DNA from: Nitrospirota bacterium
GTDB taxonomy: Bacteria; Nitrospirota; UBA9217
Length of the DNA stretch: 64,000 nucleotides
Assembly: GCA_963796285.1 (NCBI GenBank)
Contig: CAWCKW010000013.1
Span: 480,001 to 544,000, forward strand
Direction: 5' to 3'
Shown: positions 50,862 to 60,528 of the stretch, in pieces
Position numbering within the stretch: the first letter of the stretch is position 1
How the letters are laid out: each line of letters starts with the position of its first letter
Made by a program: the position numbers and the translations under genes
The notes under the pieces: generated by a model
Database searches by the model: none
The model's input: only the letters and a program-made list of their open reading frames with translations
Told to the model about the DNA's origin: nothing

Positions 50862-52874
50862 CTACTGTTTACTGACCGCTGTTTTCCTGAGCGCCCCATC
50901 GACGAGCGATTCCACATCGAGTACAAGCACGACGCCTTGCCGGTCTCCCAGTTCGGTGGCCCCGGCAATCCCCGGCGTCTCTGAGAACCTCTTCCCGAGC
51001 GACTTGATAACGATCTCCTGCTGGTCCTTGAGACGATCGACCATAATGCCAAGTCTCCGTTCGGCAATGCCCACAAGAATGACATAGAAAGCATCGCTCC
51101 CGTGGTCTGTGGAGAGGTTGAATGCCCGGGTAAGACGGAGGAGCGGAACCGTGTCTTCGCGTACAGCCATCACCTCGCGCCCCTCGATGGTCTCCACCCG
51201 GCTGTTGCTTACCTGCAGGATCTCGAGCACCGAACTGAGCGGGATGGCGAAAACCTGTCCGCCCGATTCGATGATGAGCGCCTTGATGATGGCGAGCGTT
51301 ATGGGAAGCGTCAGGGCAAAGGTGCTGCCCTCTCCAAGCTCTGAATGGATATCGATCATGCCCGAGAGCTTCGAGACGTTCCGCTTCACAACATCCATGC
51401 CCACTCCGCGGCCGGACATCTCGGTCACCGCTTCGCGGGTGGTGAACCCGGCGGAAAAAATAAGGTCGAGTATCTCCTTGCGGTCGTGCTCGGGATCAAG
51501 TCCATGGTCCGGGGAGATCAATCCTTTTTTAACGGCGGTGTTCAATATCCGCACTGGATCCATCCCCGCCCCGTCATCCTCGATCGTGACAACAACATGG
51601 TTACCCCGGGGAAACGCGGTCAGCTTCACGACCCCCTGTTCCGGCTTCCCGAGCTGTCTCCGGAGGTCCGGGGCCTCGATGCCGTGATCGATTGCGTTCC
51701 GGATGAGGTGCAGAAGCGGGTCCGCAAGGTCTTCGATCATGATCTTGTCAAGCTCCGTTTCCTCGCCCTGAAGCTGCAGGTCTATCTCTTTCCCCGCATC
51801 CCGCGCATACTTATTGACCACCTGTGCCAGGCGCGTGAAGATCTGGCCGATAGGGACCATTCTGACCTCGAGGATGCCCTCCTGGAGCTCGTTCAGCTTC
51901 CGCTCAAGACTGTGCTGCGCCTTGTACAGTTCCGCGGAAAGGCCGGCAAAGCCCTGCATGGCGCGGAGTTCCTTCGTGATCCGGCCGATGATGTTCTTGA
52001 CCAGATGCATCTCTCCCACGACGTTCATCAGGCTGTCGAGCTTGTAGATGTCGACCCGCACGGTGTTGCTCACGGATTTGATCCCGGTCGCGTCTGCCCT
52101 CGGCTCCTCGGTCCTTCGCTCCTCGGTCCTTCGCTCTTCGACATAGGCAATTTTCTCAATAGCCACATTCGGCATGGAAATGGCTGATGCTAGCGATCTC
52201 TCATCCTTGTTCGTACCGACAACGATGCTGAAACCGATCCCGCTCCCCCCGCCCGCCGTCGGCAGCGTACAGATGATTTCGCCGTGTTTCTTCAGGGTGT
52301 CATTGAGCTCCTTGATGGCCGTCTCAAATTCGGAGAACTCGAATTGGGCCTTGAGCATGAACAGGTTTTTCCGTTCCTTGATGCACTCTTTGAGCCGATG
52401 CTCTTCATACTCAGTGAGGACCTGCAAAACACCGCGGTCGAGGCCGATCTGCTCGTTGATCGGCCGATCGGAACCGGCGGACGGCTTTGCGTGAAGTATG
52501 CCGTCAATGCCGGCCAGGGCGGTCGCAATGTCCTCGAAGGGATGGTCGGTCGCTGCCTGCTGCACCTGCCTGCCGAGCAGTGCCACGGTCTCAAGCACAA
52601 CATCAAGCGCCTTCCGGTTGAGGCCCACCTTGCCAAGCCGGAGTTCGTCGAGGAGAAATTCCAGTTTGTGCGAAAGCTCCGACGGTTCCTTGAGCCCGAA
52701 CATGCCCGCGAGACCCTTGAAGGAATGGATCGCGCGGAACAAGGCATTCACCTGATCAGGGTCGATGCGGCCTGATGCCTGCCCGCTCTCGAGCGACAGC
52801 AGCGTTTTGTTTGCAGACTCCAGGATGTCCTCTGCCTCGGCGAGAAAATCTTTTATGGGACGGTCTGTTTTCAT
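50862..52874 (-). CDS. cheA: Chemotaxis histidine kinase
   Basis: FRAIHSFKG (Hpt), HLIRNAIDHG, SGRGVGMDVV, CheW-like C-terminus. Confidence 0.96.
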   Translation of the reverse strand: MKTDRPIKDFLAEAEDILESANKTLLSLESGQASGRIDPDQVNALFRAIHSFKGLAGMFGLKEPSELSHKLEFLLDELRLGKVGLNRKALDVVLETVALLGRQVQQAATDHPFEDIATALAGIDGILHAKPSAGSDRPINEQIGLDRGVLQVLTEYEEHRLKECIKERKNLFMLKAQFEFSEFETAIKELNDTLKKHGEIICTLPTAGGGSGIGFSIVVGTNKDERSLASAISMPNVAIEKIAYVEERRTEERRTEEPRADATGIKSVSNTVRVDIYKLDSLMNVVGEMHLVKNIIGRITKELRAMQGFAGLSAELYKAQHSLERKLNELQEGILEVRMVPIGQIFTRLAQVVNKYARDAGKEIDLQLQGEETELDKIMIEDLADPLLHLIRNAIDHGIEAPDLRRQLGKPEQGVVKLTAFPRGNHVVVTIEDDGAGMDPVRILNTAVKKGLISPDHGLDPEHDRKEILDLIFSAGFTTREAVTEMSGRGVGMDVVKRNVSKLSGMIDIHSELGEGSTFALTLPITLAIIKALIIESGGQVFAIPLSSVLEILQVSNSRVETIEGREVMAVREDTVPLLRLTRAFNLSTDHGSDAFYVILVGIAERRLGIMVDRLKDQQEIVIKSLGKRFSETPGIAGATELGDRQGVVLVLDVESLVDGALRKTAVSKQ

Positions 52875-52887
52875 GTCGCTGCGCTCC

Positions 52888-53001
52888 ATTGAAAATTGGA
52901 AATTGGGAAATGCAAATTGAACATTAATAAACAGCAGCAATCCAGACGGATTTTCAACTTATCTTTTCGCAATCTTCAATTTCCAATTTTCAATTTCCAA
53001 T
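52888..53001. repeat. 7-nt periodic inverted repeat spacer (cheY/cheA)
   Basis: attgaaa attggaa attggga aatgcaa attgaac / ttcgcaa tcttcaa tttccaa ttttcaa tttccaa. Confidence 0.8.
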
Positions 53002-53388
53002 TCAGCGCGTATTACGCGCCGCTGCCTCAAGCACCTTCGTGACCATGGCCATGAGCTCTTCTTTCTTGAACGGCTTTTCCACATAGCCCTGAGCGCCCAA
53101 AGCGATCCCGCGCTTCTTATCCTCTTCGCTTTTTTCCGTGCTCACAATGACAAGCGGAATATCTTTGTAGGCCGGATTGGACTTCACGTAGCCGATGAGC
53201 TCCAGACCGTTTATATCGGGCATGTTGATGTCGGTGATGATGAGGTCGAAGGGCCGCGTGGGGAGCGTCTTGAGCGCCTCAAAGCCGTTGCCGGCCTCCA
53301 CCGCGAAAAAACCGCCCGTTTCCTCGAGCGAAACCCGGATCATCGTACGGATGGCCTTGGAATCCTCGACAATAAGAACATTTTTCAT
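53002..53388 (-). CDS. cheY: CheY-like response regulator
   Basis: IVEDS, TDINMP, VSTE, KPF. Confidence 0.9.
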   Translation of the reverse strand: MKNVLIVEDSKAIRTMIRVSLEETGGFFAVEAGNGFEALKTLPTRPFDLIITDINMPDINGLELIGYVKSNPAYKDIPLVIVSTEKSEEDKKRGIALGAQGYVEKPFKKEELMAMVTKVLEAAARNTR

Positions 53389-54569
53389 CGTTGCTCCTTT
53401 TGCAGATCGGAAATTCTCTTTTCCAGCAGCGCTTTTTCCAGGGCCATGCCCGCCTGGTTCATAAAAATTTCGAGTGTATCCATGCCGCGGATAGGCCTCC
53501 GCTCGGGGAGATTGTCGCCGTAGACGACCAGTGCTACTTTACCGTCCACGACGAGCGGGATGGCCATGATCGCATCGGGCATCGCGCCGCCAAGCGCGTT
53601 CACAAGGGCAGTATGGTTCGGGTTCGGCTCGAGGATGCCAAGATAGCTGCGCCTGCTCTCTATTACGCTGAGGAACAGGGAGGGTTGATTCAGCGGGAGC
53701 TTGATGTTGCGCACGGCCTGGTCTGCGGATTTGCCTTTGAGCTCGATGCCGAACTGGCCAAGGCCGCGCACTTCGTCCTTTTTTACCATGAATAAGACAG
53801 CGCGGTTCACTACTTCGCTTGCGTACCGCAGGATCAGCAGCGTCACTTCAGCGGTTGCGGTAGGGAACCGGAGCTCGTCAAACATGGACTTAAGCGCCGT
53901 GATCTCGTTGCGGGGCCCTTCTTTTTCTATTCGGGAACGGAACTCCTCTTTGGCGGGTTCATGGCTGAGTGGGGAAAGCGGGGTCTTCACTGAAGCACTG
54001 GGCATGGCTGGCGACGCAGTGGCCGGAGTGGGACGGGCAGCTGCTGGTTTTTTTTCATCCTTCCGTCTTTCATCGAGGATCCGCGTACCTTCCATGAGGA
54101 GGTACTCGGCGCTGATGCCGGACTTGAGGAGGAATTCCTGCGTGTCGATCTCGATCGTGTCTTTGGGGACGATCTCGCCGAGCTCGAAGTTGAAGAAGCC
54201 CTCCTCCCAGTCGAGCAGGTCATAAACGATCTCTTCAATCTGCTTGCGAATAACGCTCTGGAGCGTCTGCGCGGCCACCGCCCCCATGTCCATGAGGATC
54301 ATGCCGAGCGGCTTTTCCGGCTCCTGTTTCTGCAACGCCAATGCCTTGGACAACGCAGTTTCGTCCAGCATGCCCTGGGATACGAGGATGTTCCCGAGCG
54401 AGTCGCGGATGCTGTCGCTCGCGGCCTGGATAACCTGACCATCCTTAAAGACAACCATTCCCGTTCCCCTGCGGCTTCGAACAACAAGGGTGCCTGTTTT
54501 TCTGCTCAGACTAATGATCTGGAAGATGTCGGGTAGTGCAAGATCTTCCAGCCTGCCGACAAGGCTCAT
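53385..54569 (-). CDS. DUF4388 (PatA_N-like) plus GAF-like domain protein
   Basis: SLVGRLEDLALPDIFQ...RKTGTL...W.EG.F.F; C-terminal GAF-like segment. Confidence 0.82.
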   Translation of the reverse strand: MSLVGRLEDLALPDIFQIISLSRKTGTLVVRSRRGTGMVVFKDGQVIQAASDSIRDSLGNILVSQGMLDETALSKALALQKQEPEKPLGMILMDMGAVAAQTLQSVIRKQIEEIVYDLLDWEEGFFNFELGEIVPKDTIEIDTQEFLLKSGISAEYLLMEGTRILDERRKDEKKPAAARPTPATASPAMPSASVKTPLSPLSHEPAKEEFRSRIEKEGPRNEITALKSMFDELRFPTATAEVTLLILRYASEVVNRAVLFMVKKDEVRGLGQFGIELKGKSADQAVRNIKLPLNQPSLFLSVIESRRSYLGILEPNPNHTALVNALGGAMPDAIMAIPLVVDGKVALVVYGDNLPERRPIRGMDTLEIFMNQAGMALEKALLEKRISDLQKEQR

Positions 54570-54599
54570 GAATGTACCCTCATAAACACAATCCAAAAA

Positions 54600-54627
54600 A
54601 TTATAACAGTTTAAGCAAAAAATGCAA
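54600..54627 (-). promoter_or_regulatory. Sigma70 promoter of chemosensory operon
   Basis: TTGCAT-16nt-TATAAT with extended TG. Confidence 0.6.
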
Positions 54628-54909
54628 GATTAATTCATCAGTTAGGATAAATCAATGCGAGGGTCGGGAGACATCATTCGGAACTGGCGTCCATCCGGTT
54701 GCAACACGTTTTTTTGACGATCGATCATGACAAAATGGCACCGCGAAGACAGAGGCAGTGAAGCGATAGACCGCGGAGTATTTAGATCGTAAAGCTTGAT
54801 TCAGGACTTGATCCTCCTTCAGTCTTTAGACATATTCTTTTCCCCGGGTGCAATCTGCGGACAGGTATTGTCCGTTTCTCCGTACCCGGCAGCGCGTCTT
54901 GGTCCGGTG

Positions 54910-55407
54910 TTATGTACTCCGGTAGTTATCGAACTGGAGCTCGATGCCGAAGTCCCTGCCTTTCAGAAACTGGATGACCGTTTGGAGATTATCCCTGTCC
55001 TTGCCTGATACGCGAACCTGGTCCGCCTGAATCGAGGCCTGCACTTTGATCTTGGAGTCCTTGATCGCCTTCACGATCTCCTTGGCCTTGTCCGTCGGGA
55101 TGCCCTGCTGCAGTGTCAGGCGCTGGCGCACCGTGCCCGCCAGGGCCGTCTCCACCTTGCCGTAGGACAGGTTCTTGACCGGCACGCCGCGCTTCACGAG
55201 CTTGCTTTGCAAAATATCGATCACGCTCTTGAGCTTGAACTCATCGTCAGAGACGATCACGAGAGCGTCCTTCTCCTGCGTGATATTCGACTTGCTCCCC
55301 TTGAAATCGAACCGCTGACCGATCTCCTTCATGGCCTGGGTCACCGCATTCGTAACTTCGGCCATATCGATCTTCGAAACCACATCAAATGAATTTTCTG
55401 CGGCCAT
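54910..55407 (-). CDS. yajQ: YajQ family nucleotide/c-di-GMP-binding protein
   Basis: SFDVVS, RFDFKGS, QVRVSGK.RD.LQ. Confidence 0.95.
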   Translation of the reverse strand: MAAENSFDVVSKIDMAEVTNAVTQAMKEIGQRFDFKGSKSNITQEKDALVIVSDDEFKLKSVIDILQSKLVKRGVPVKNLSYGKVETALAGTVRQRLTLQQGIPTDKAKEIVKAIKDSKIKVQASIQADQVRVSGKDRDNLQTVIQFLKGRDFGIELQFDNYRST

Positions 55408-55420
55408 AGCAACCTCCGGT

Positions 55421-55496
55421 TGATTGGAAAATGAATGTTGAAAATTGTAGATTTCAAATTTACAATTTCCAATTTACAATCTTCAATTTGCAATTC
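55421..55496. repeat. 7-nt periodic repeat spacer (lolA/yajQ)
   Basis: ttggaaa atgaatg ttgaaaa ttgtaga / tttcaaa tttacaa tttccaa tttacaa tcttcaa tttgcaa. Confidence 0.75.
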
Positions 55497-55499
55497 GAG

Positions 55500-56162
55500 C
55501 TATTGCTCGATTATCTCCGTTCCCTTGGGGGCCTGAAAAATAAACTGCTGGTCGTCGAGACCAACGCCTTCCCGGATATCAGTAAAAGCCATCGTCGTCG
55601 TGTTCCCGGACCTGTCGAAGATCGTGAGGTCGGTGATCCGTCCGGCGTCATCGACAACGAGACGCATCTTCTTCATGGCCGCTCCCCGTTTCCTGGGCAG
55701 CAGCTCAAGCATGCGCGGCGTTGTCGGGTCCGCTTGCAAAACGTCGAAGTCGTCCCGGATATGGGCAGCGCCGAGCAGGAACGCCACAGGAATGTTCATG
55801 TGTTCGAAATCAGTAAAGGTCTTCTTGACCACCTGCTCGCTCTTTTTAGAATAGAACAGTGCAGCCTTGTTGTTGATGAGGATCAGCTGGCCGTTTGAGT
55901 ACTCGAGCAGGAGCTTGCCCGGCTTCTTGATCCAGAGCGTGCCCTCGAACTTCTGCGTCTTGCCAATGGACTTGAGGACGTTCTTCTGAATGACCTTCGC
56001 CGTGAGGTCCGAGAGGTCGCGATAATGGTTTTCGACAGAGGTAACCACGTCCTGCAAGGTCTGGGCATATGCAGGCTTTATTGCACCCGGTGATAAGACA
56101 GAGAAGAGAAGGGCAGCGGTGATAAGACACTGTTTTCCCCATGCACGATGATGAGCAGTCAT
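55500..56162 (-). CDS. lolA: Outer membrane lipoprotein carrier protein
   Basis: Signal peptide, KKPGK...Y motif, C-terminal F.F..PKG.EI. Confidence 0.85.
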   Translation of the reverse strand: MTAHHRAWGKQCLITAALLFSVLSPGAIKPAYAQTLQDVVTSVENHYRDLSDLTAKVIQKNVLKSIGKTQKFEGTLWIKKPGKLLLEYSNGQLILINNKAALFYSKKSEQVVKKTFTDFEHMNIPVAFLLGAAHIRDDFDVLQADPTTPRMLELLPRKRGAAMKKMRLVVDDAGRITDLTIFDRSGNTTTMAFTDIREGVGLDDQQFIFQAPKGTEIIEQ

Positions 56163-56239
56163 TATTTCCTCCAGAGTGGCTTATCATACCATAAATGATA
56201 CCTACTGAGAAGATAGAAAATGGGATTCATTTACCATTC

Positions 56240-56268
56240 TTGACAATACCCTGCTCCGAGATTATCAT
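56240..56268 (+). promoter_or_regulatory. Sigma70 promoter, probably giving leaderless recQ mRNA
   Basis: TTGACA-17nt-TATCAT ending 8 nt before ATG 56277; no SD. Confidence 0.65.
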
Positions 56269-56276
56269 GAGACCGC

Positions 56277-58091
56277 ATGAAGCCCCACTCTCCTTCACAA
56301 GATTCTTCAGTCCGCGATATTCTCCGGACGGTCTTCGGTTTTGCGTCCTTCCGGCCGAACCAGGAGGCCATTGTCAAAAACATCCTGGACAGGAAGGACG
56401 TCTTCGCGGTCATGCCCACGGGCGGGGGGAAGTCCTTGTGCTACCAGCTGCCTGCGCTCTTGCTGGAAGGCACAGCAGTCGTTATCAGTCCCCTCATTTC
56501 GCTCATGAAGGACCAGGTCGACGCGGCAAAGGAGAACGGGATCGCGGCCGCGTTCCTGAACAGCTCCCTCGACCAGCCCGAGATAATCGATATCTACGGT
56601 AAGCTCAAAACCAATAAGGTTAAGCTCCTCTACATCGCGCCGGAACGCTTCGCCATGCCGCAGTTCATCGAAACACTGAAGAGGATCCCGCTTTCGCTCT
56701 TCGCCATCGACGAGGCACACTGCATCTCCGAGTGGGGCCATGATTTCCGGCCCGACTACCTCGCCCTTTCCGCTCTTCCGGAACTCTTTCCAGGCGTCCC
56801 CGTCGCCGCCTTCACTGCCACGGCAACGCAGAAAGTCCAAGAGGACATCATCCGCAAGATCGGGCTCAGGACTCCCCATACCGTTCGCGCCTCATTCAAC
56901 CGGCCCAATCTCTTCTACCAGGTCAAACCCAAGGCCGGGGTCGAACAGCAGCTTTTGGAATTTTTAAGGGACCATGAGGGCGAGTCGGGGATCATCTACC
57001 GGACGACCCGGGACTCGGTCACGGCAACAGCGGGGTTCCTGGCAGCACACGGCATCAAGGCGCTCCCCTACCATGCCGGCCTGTCGGCCGAGGCGAGAGA
57101 AAAGAACCAGGAGGCGTTCAACAGGGATGAGGTCCCGGTGATCGTGGCGACCATTGCCTTCGGTATGGGCATCGACAAGTCGAACGTCCGGTTCGTGGTC
57201 CATGCCGATCTCCCGAAACATATCGAGGCCTATTACCAGGAAACGGGCCGCGCGGGGCGCGATAATGAGCCGGCCCACTGCCTGCTCTATTTCAGCCGGG
57301 GGGACATCCCGAAGATAAGGTATTTCATCGATAGGATGGAGGACGAAGCGGAACACGCGATCGCCATGGAGAAATTGAACCAGACCGTGCGGTTCGCGTC
57401 TCATAACGTATGCAGAAGGAAGCAGCTCCTCTCCTTTTTCGGTGAAGCGTATCCCGATACTAATTGCGGAGCCTGCGATATCTGTACCGGCTCGGCGAAC
57501 CAGATCGACATCTCAACCGATGCCAGGATACTTATGTCGGCCATGGCAAGGACCAATGAGCGGTTCGGCATTGTCCACACCATCGACATCGTTATCGGCG
57601 CAGACACCAAACGGATCAGGGAACTGGGTCATCACGAGCTCAAGACCTTCGGCGCGGGAAGGCATCAGGACAAGAACCACTGGCGCTTCATCGTGAACGA
57701 ACTCCTTGCCCAGGAGCTGATCCGTCAGGACGGAGACCGCTACCCGGTCCTGAAGCTCACGCCACGGGGCGCAAACGTTCTCATGGGCAAAGACGAGGTC
57801 TTCGGGCTCAAGCGGGACGAGGTGAAGGCAAAAGAGCGTCGCAGAAAAACAGCTGAAGGCGGCTGGTATGACGAAACGCTCTTTGATCGTCTGCGCGTGA
57901 TCAGAAAAAAGATCGCCGGAGAGAACCATGTGCCTCCCTATGTTATTTTTTCAGACAAAACACTCCATGAGATGTGCAGACATTTTCCGAAGACTGCTTC
58001 CGAGATGCGGCGGATCTCGGGCGTGGGTGACGTGAAGCTTGAGCGGTATGGAGAGGACTTTCTGGAAGAAATAAGAGACTATGGGAGGTAG
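56277..58091 (+). CDS. recQ: ATP-dependent DNA helicase RecQ
   Basis: MPTGGGKSLCYQ, DEAHC, QETGRAGRD, RQC Zn ligands, HRDC. Confidence 0.97.
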   Translation: MKPHSPSQDSSVRDILRTVFGFASFRPNQEAIVKNILDRKDVFAVMPTGGGKSLCYQLPALLLEGTAVVISPLISLMKDQVDAAKENGIAAAFLNSSLDQPEIIDIYGKLKTNKVKLLYIAPERFAMPQFIETLKRIPLSLFAIDEAHCISEWGHDFRPDYLALSALPELFPGVPVAAFTATATQKVQEDIIRKIGLRTPHTVRASFNRPNLFYQVKPKAGVEQQLLEFLRDHEGESGIIYRTTRDSVTATAGFLAAHGIKALPYHAGLSAEAREKNQEAFNRDEVPVIVATIAFGMGIDKSNVRFVVHADLPKHIEAYYQETGRAGRDNEPAHCLLYFSRGDIPKIRYFIDRMEDEAEHAIAMEKLNQTVRFASHNVCRRKQLLSFFGEAYPDTNCGACDICTGSANQIDISTDARILMSAMARTNERFGIVHTIDIVIGADTKRIRELGHHELKTFGAGRHQDKNHWRFIVNELLAQELIRQDGDRYPVLKLTPRGANVLMGKDEVFGLKRDEVKAKERRRKTAEGGWYDETLFDRLRVIRKKIAGENHVPPYVIFSDKTLHEMCRHFPKTASEMRRISGVGDVKLERYGEDFLEEIRDYGR

Positions 58092-58097
58092 TGGCAG

Positions 58098-59085
58098 ATG
58101 AGCTCCATCCTGCAATGTCCCGTCTGCAAAGATCGTCTGCTGAATTCCCTGCTGACGGCTACCAATGTCCCCGAATAACCATACGTTTGATGCTGGCCCG
58201 AGAAGGATATGTCAATTTTCTGCTTGCTCACAAGAAACATTCAAAGAGCCTGGCGACAGCCCGGAAATGATCGAAGCCGGAGACGGTTTCTTGACCTGGG
58301 CTATTACAACAGGGTGTCAGATGGAATCAATGAGGCTATTGCAGATAATCTCGATCGATCAGAGAAGAAACATGCTTACAGTATTCTTGATGCAGGATGC
58401 GGTGAGGGTTTTTATCTCAAGCGCCTCAAGGAGTCTCTGGCTGGCTGGCAAGGGCGTAAAGTTCCGATCGATTATTACGGAGTCGATATTTCGAAGTTTG
58501 CTGTTCGCCAGGCTACCAAGCGCGATAAGACAATGACTGGTTTGTTGCCAGCATTATCGACCTGCCCTTTGCACCCTCATCCTTTGCTGTTGTGCTGACC
58601 GTATTTTCGCCGGCGGACATTTTACTGAGTTTTCCAGGGTTCTGAATGACGCAGGCAAGCTGGTGATCGCAAGCCCCGGCCCCCGGCACCTGAACGGCTT
58701 GAGGGAGATCATCTATCCCGATGCCAGGGAGCATGCGCAATCAACAATGATCGAACAGGCCAGAGGTTTTTTTTCTCCGTTAACTGCAACGAGGATCACG
58801 TATTCGCTTGAGCTAGAAGAGCGCGGGGAGATCATGGACCTTCTTTCCATGACCCCCTATTTCTGGAACATCGATCTGAACACCAGGTCCAGGGTGGAGG
58901 CGCTTGACCGGCTGGCGCTGGATGTCGATGTGGAGGTGCGTGTCTTCGAGAAGAATAAGGGAAAAGGCCCTGCAACTCTCCCTTTCCGGCAAAAGGAGAA
59001 AAGCGTTCAGAGCCGGCAGGTCTGCCTCCACCGCGTTCGTGTCAAAAAAGGCCCGCTCGTGTCAGGAGCGGGCGTGGTTTTGTAA
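58098..59085 (+). pseudogene. RlmA-like 23S rRNA G745/G748 methyltransferase, multiply frameshifted
   Basis: CPVC Zn finger, GDSPEM, LDAGCGEG, DISK, HL..LRE.IY and LLSMTPY are spread over different frames. Confidence 0.75.
59044..59073 (-). terminator. Terminator of HU gene
   Basis: GCCCGCTC-N7-GAGCGGGC followed by a T run on the minus strand. Confidence 0.7.
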
Positions 59086-59093
59086 GGGAAGGT

Positions 59094-59381
59094 TTACTTT
59101 GCGCCGAGGATCGCGTCTTTAGCGGCTTTGGCAACCCGGAACTTGACAACCTTCTTTGCCTTGATCTTGATGGTTTCACCGGTTGCAGGGTTTCTGCCCA
59201 TGCGGGCCTTGCGCTGTACCAGCACGAGTTTGCCGAGCCCGGGCAACGTGAACGTGTTCTTTGCTTCCTTATAGGCCACTTCTGCGATGAAATCCAATAT
59301 CTCACCGGCTGCCTTCTTGGTGAGTGATGCCTTCTCCGCGAGCTTCGTCACCAACTGGGACTTCGTCATTGCCTTTGCCAT
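59094..59381 (-). CDS. HU family DNA-binding protein
   Basis: MTKSQLV, GLGKL, RKARMGRNPATGE. Confidence 0.95.
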   Translation of the reverse strand: MAKAMTKSQLVTKLAEKASLTKKAAGEILDFIAEVAYKEAKNTFTLPGLGKLVLVQRKARMGRNPATGETIKIKAKKVVKFRVAKAAKDAILGAK

Positions 59382-59569
59382 ATTTATCCTCCTGTGAATT
59401 AGAATGGTGCTGCAATGCAGCAACTATAAGCCATTAAGACCGTATTGACAAGAACTTTTTTACCGCCCCTGCCGAACCATGGCAAAAATAATGTATTCAG
59501 CAATACCTAATAGAAGTGACCCAGCAAGGGTTCTTCTCCCCGAAAGAATAACACTCAAAATAATAACCC

Positions 59570-59598
59570 TTGACTTCCTGGCGCCAAAGTGAGATTAT
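59570..59598 (+). promoter_or_regulatory. Sigma70 promoter of cold-shock gene
   Basis: TTGACT-17nt-GATTAT with extended TG. Confidence 0.6.
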
Positions 59599-59714
59599 GA
59601 CTACCTAGAAGTTCCGGATGTACTTGTAGGGTAACCGCAAAGACAGTTCGACTTTGCGGTATTTTTTTTGTCCTTTCCGTCGGCTTCAATACATTAAGAA
59701 GGAGGTAGCTCATC

Positions 59715-59915
59715 ATGGAAAATGGTACAGTCAAGTGGTTCAATGATGCCAAAGGTTTTGGCTTCATTACCCGTGAACAAGGCGGCGATGTGTTCGTTCA
59801 TTTCGGCGACATTCAGGACAGCGGCTTTAAGTCGTTGGCCGAAGGCCAGCAAGTGCAGTTCGACGTTGTCGACTCACCCAAGGGCCCCAAGGCATCCAAC
59901 GTTGTAAAGCTCTAA
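59715..59915 (+). CDS. Cold-shock protein
   Basis: [21 protein letters not shown]. Confidence 0.97.
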   Translation: MENGTVKWFNDAKGFGFITREQGGDVFVHFGDIQDSGFKSLAEGQQVQFDVVDSPKGPKASNVVKL

Positions 59916-59934
59916 GCGAACGCTTAACCCTTTG

Positions 59935-59971
59935 AAGCAGGCCCTGATCGTTTTCAGTGCCTGCTTTTTTT
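59935..59971 (+). terminator. Terminator after cold-shock gene
   Basis: AAGCAGG...CCTGCTT followed by a T run. Confidence 0.65.
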
Positions 59972-60044
59972 GCTCCCGTTACACTAGAACAGGCTGAATG
60001 CACCGTGAAAAACAACGTCACGCGCACTCCGCCGAAGGAGACAG

Positions 60045-60425
60045 ATGCGATACAGACAGAGTTATAAGGAAAAATTGGCCCTGGAGAAGGCCGCGCAGGT
60101 CGCCGCAGGTCTGGTTTCAGAACGCTATTCCGGAGTTTCAAGCATCGATTTTCACATGACCTATTTCCAGCGTGGCCTGTCACCGGTCCTGATGGAACGC
60201 ACACTCAGCTTCCTGCCCGCTAATTACTGCAGCTTTCACCTGAAATGCGTGCACGACGGCTGCACGGACGGCGGTTATGACCTGGCCCCGGTGGTCGCAG
60301 GCCTGGCTAAATCCCGGAAGAAGTCAGTCAAGGGAAAGATTTTTTGTCATGGAACGAACGAAACCTTTGGTCATGCCAGCATCGCCTATGAAGTCAATAT
60401 TCAGTACAACAAACAGGTCAAATAG
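60045..60425 (+). CDS. Hypothetical protein with CxxxxCxxGG...C motif
   Basis: SD AAGGAG; plausible globular sequence. Confidence 0.7.
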   Translation: MRYRQSYKEKLALEKAAQVAAGLVSERYSGVSSIDFHMTYFQRGLSPVLMERTLSFLPANYCSFHLKCVHDGCTDGGYDLAPVVAGLAKSRKKSVKGKIFCHGTNETFGHASIAYEVNIQYNKQVK

Positions 60426-60528
60426 AAACCTTCCAATGTTTCAAGGTCAACCAGTAACAACCTGAGTCCAGCCCCGGGTAACGTTATGCACTGCAGGCGC
60501 TAACGCTGTGATTGCTGTGTCATGACGC

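Noticed and set aside
52107-52137. 15-bp tandem duplication giving EERRTEERRTEEPR in the CheA linker (RxxxR-like)
   Set aside because: Likely slippage in a low-complexity linker; no PilZ context
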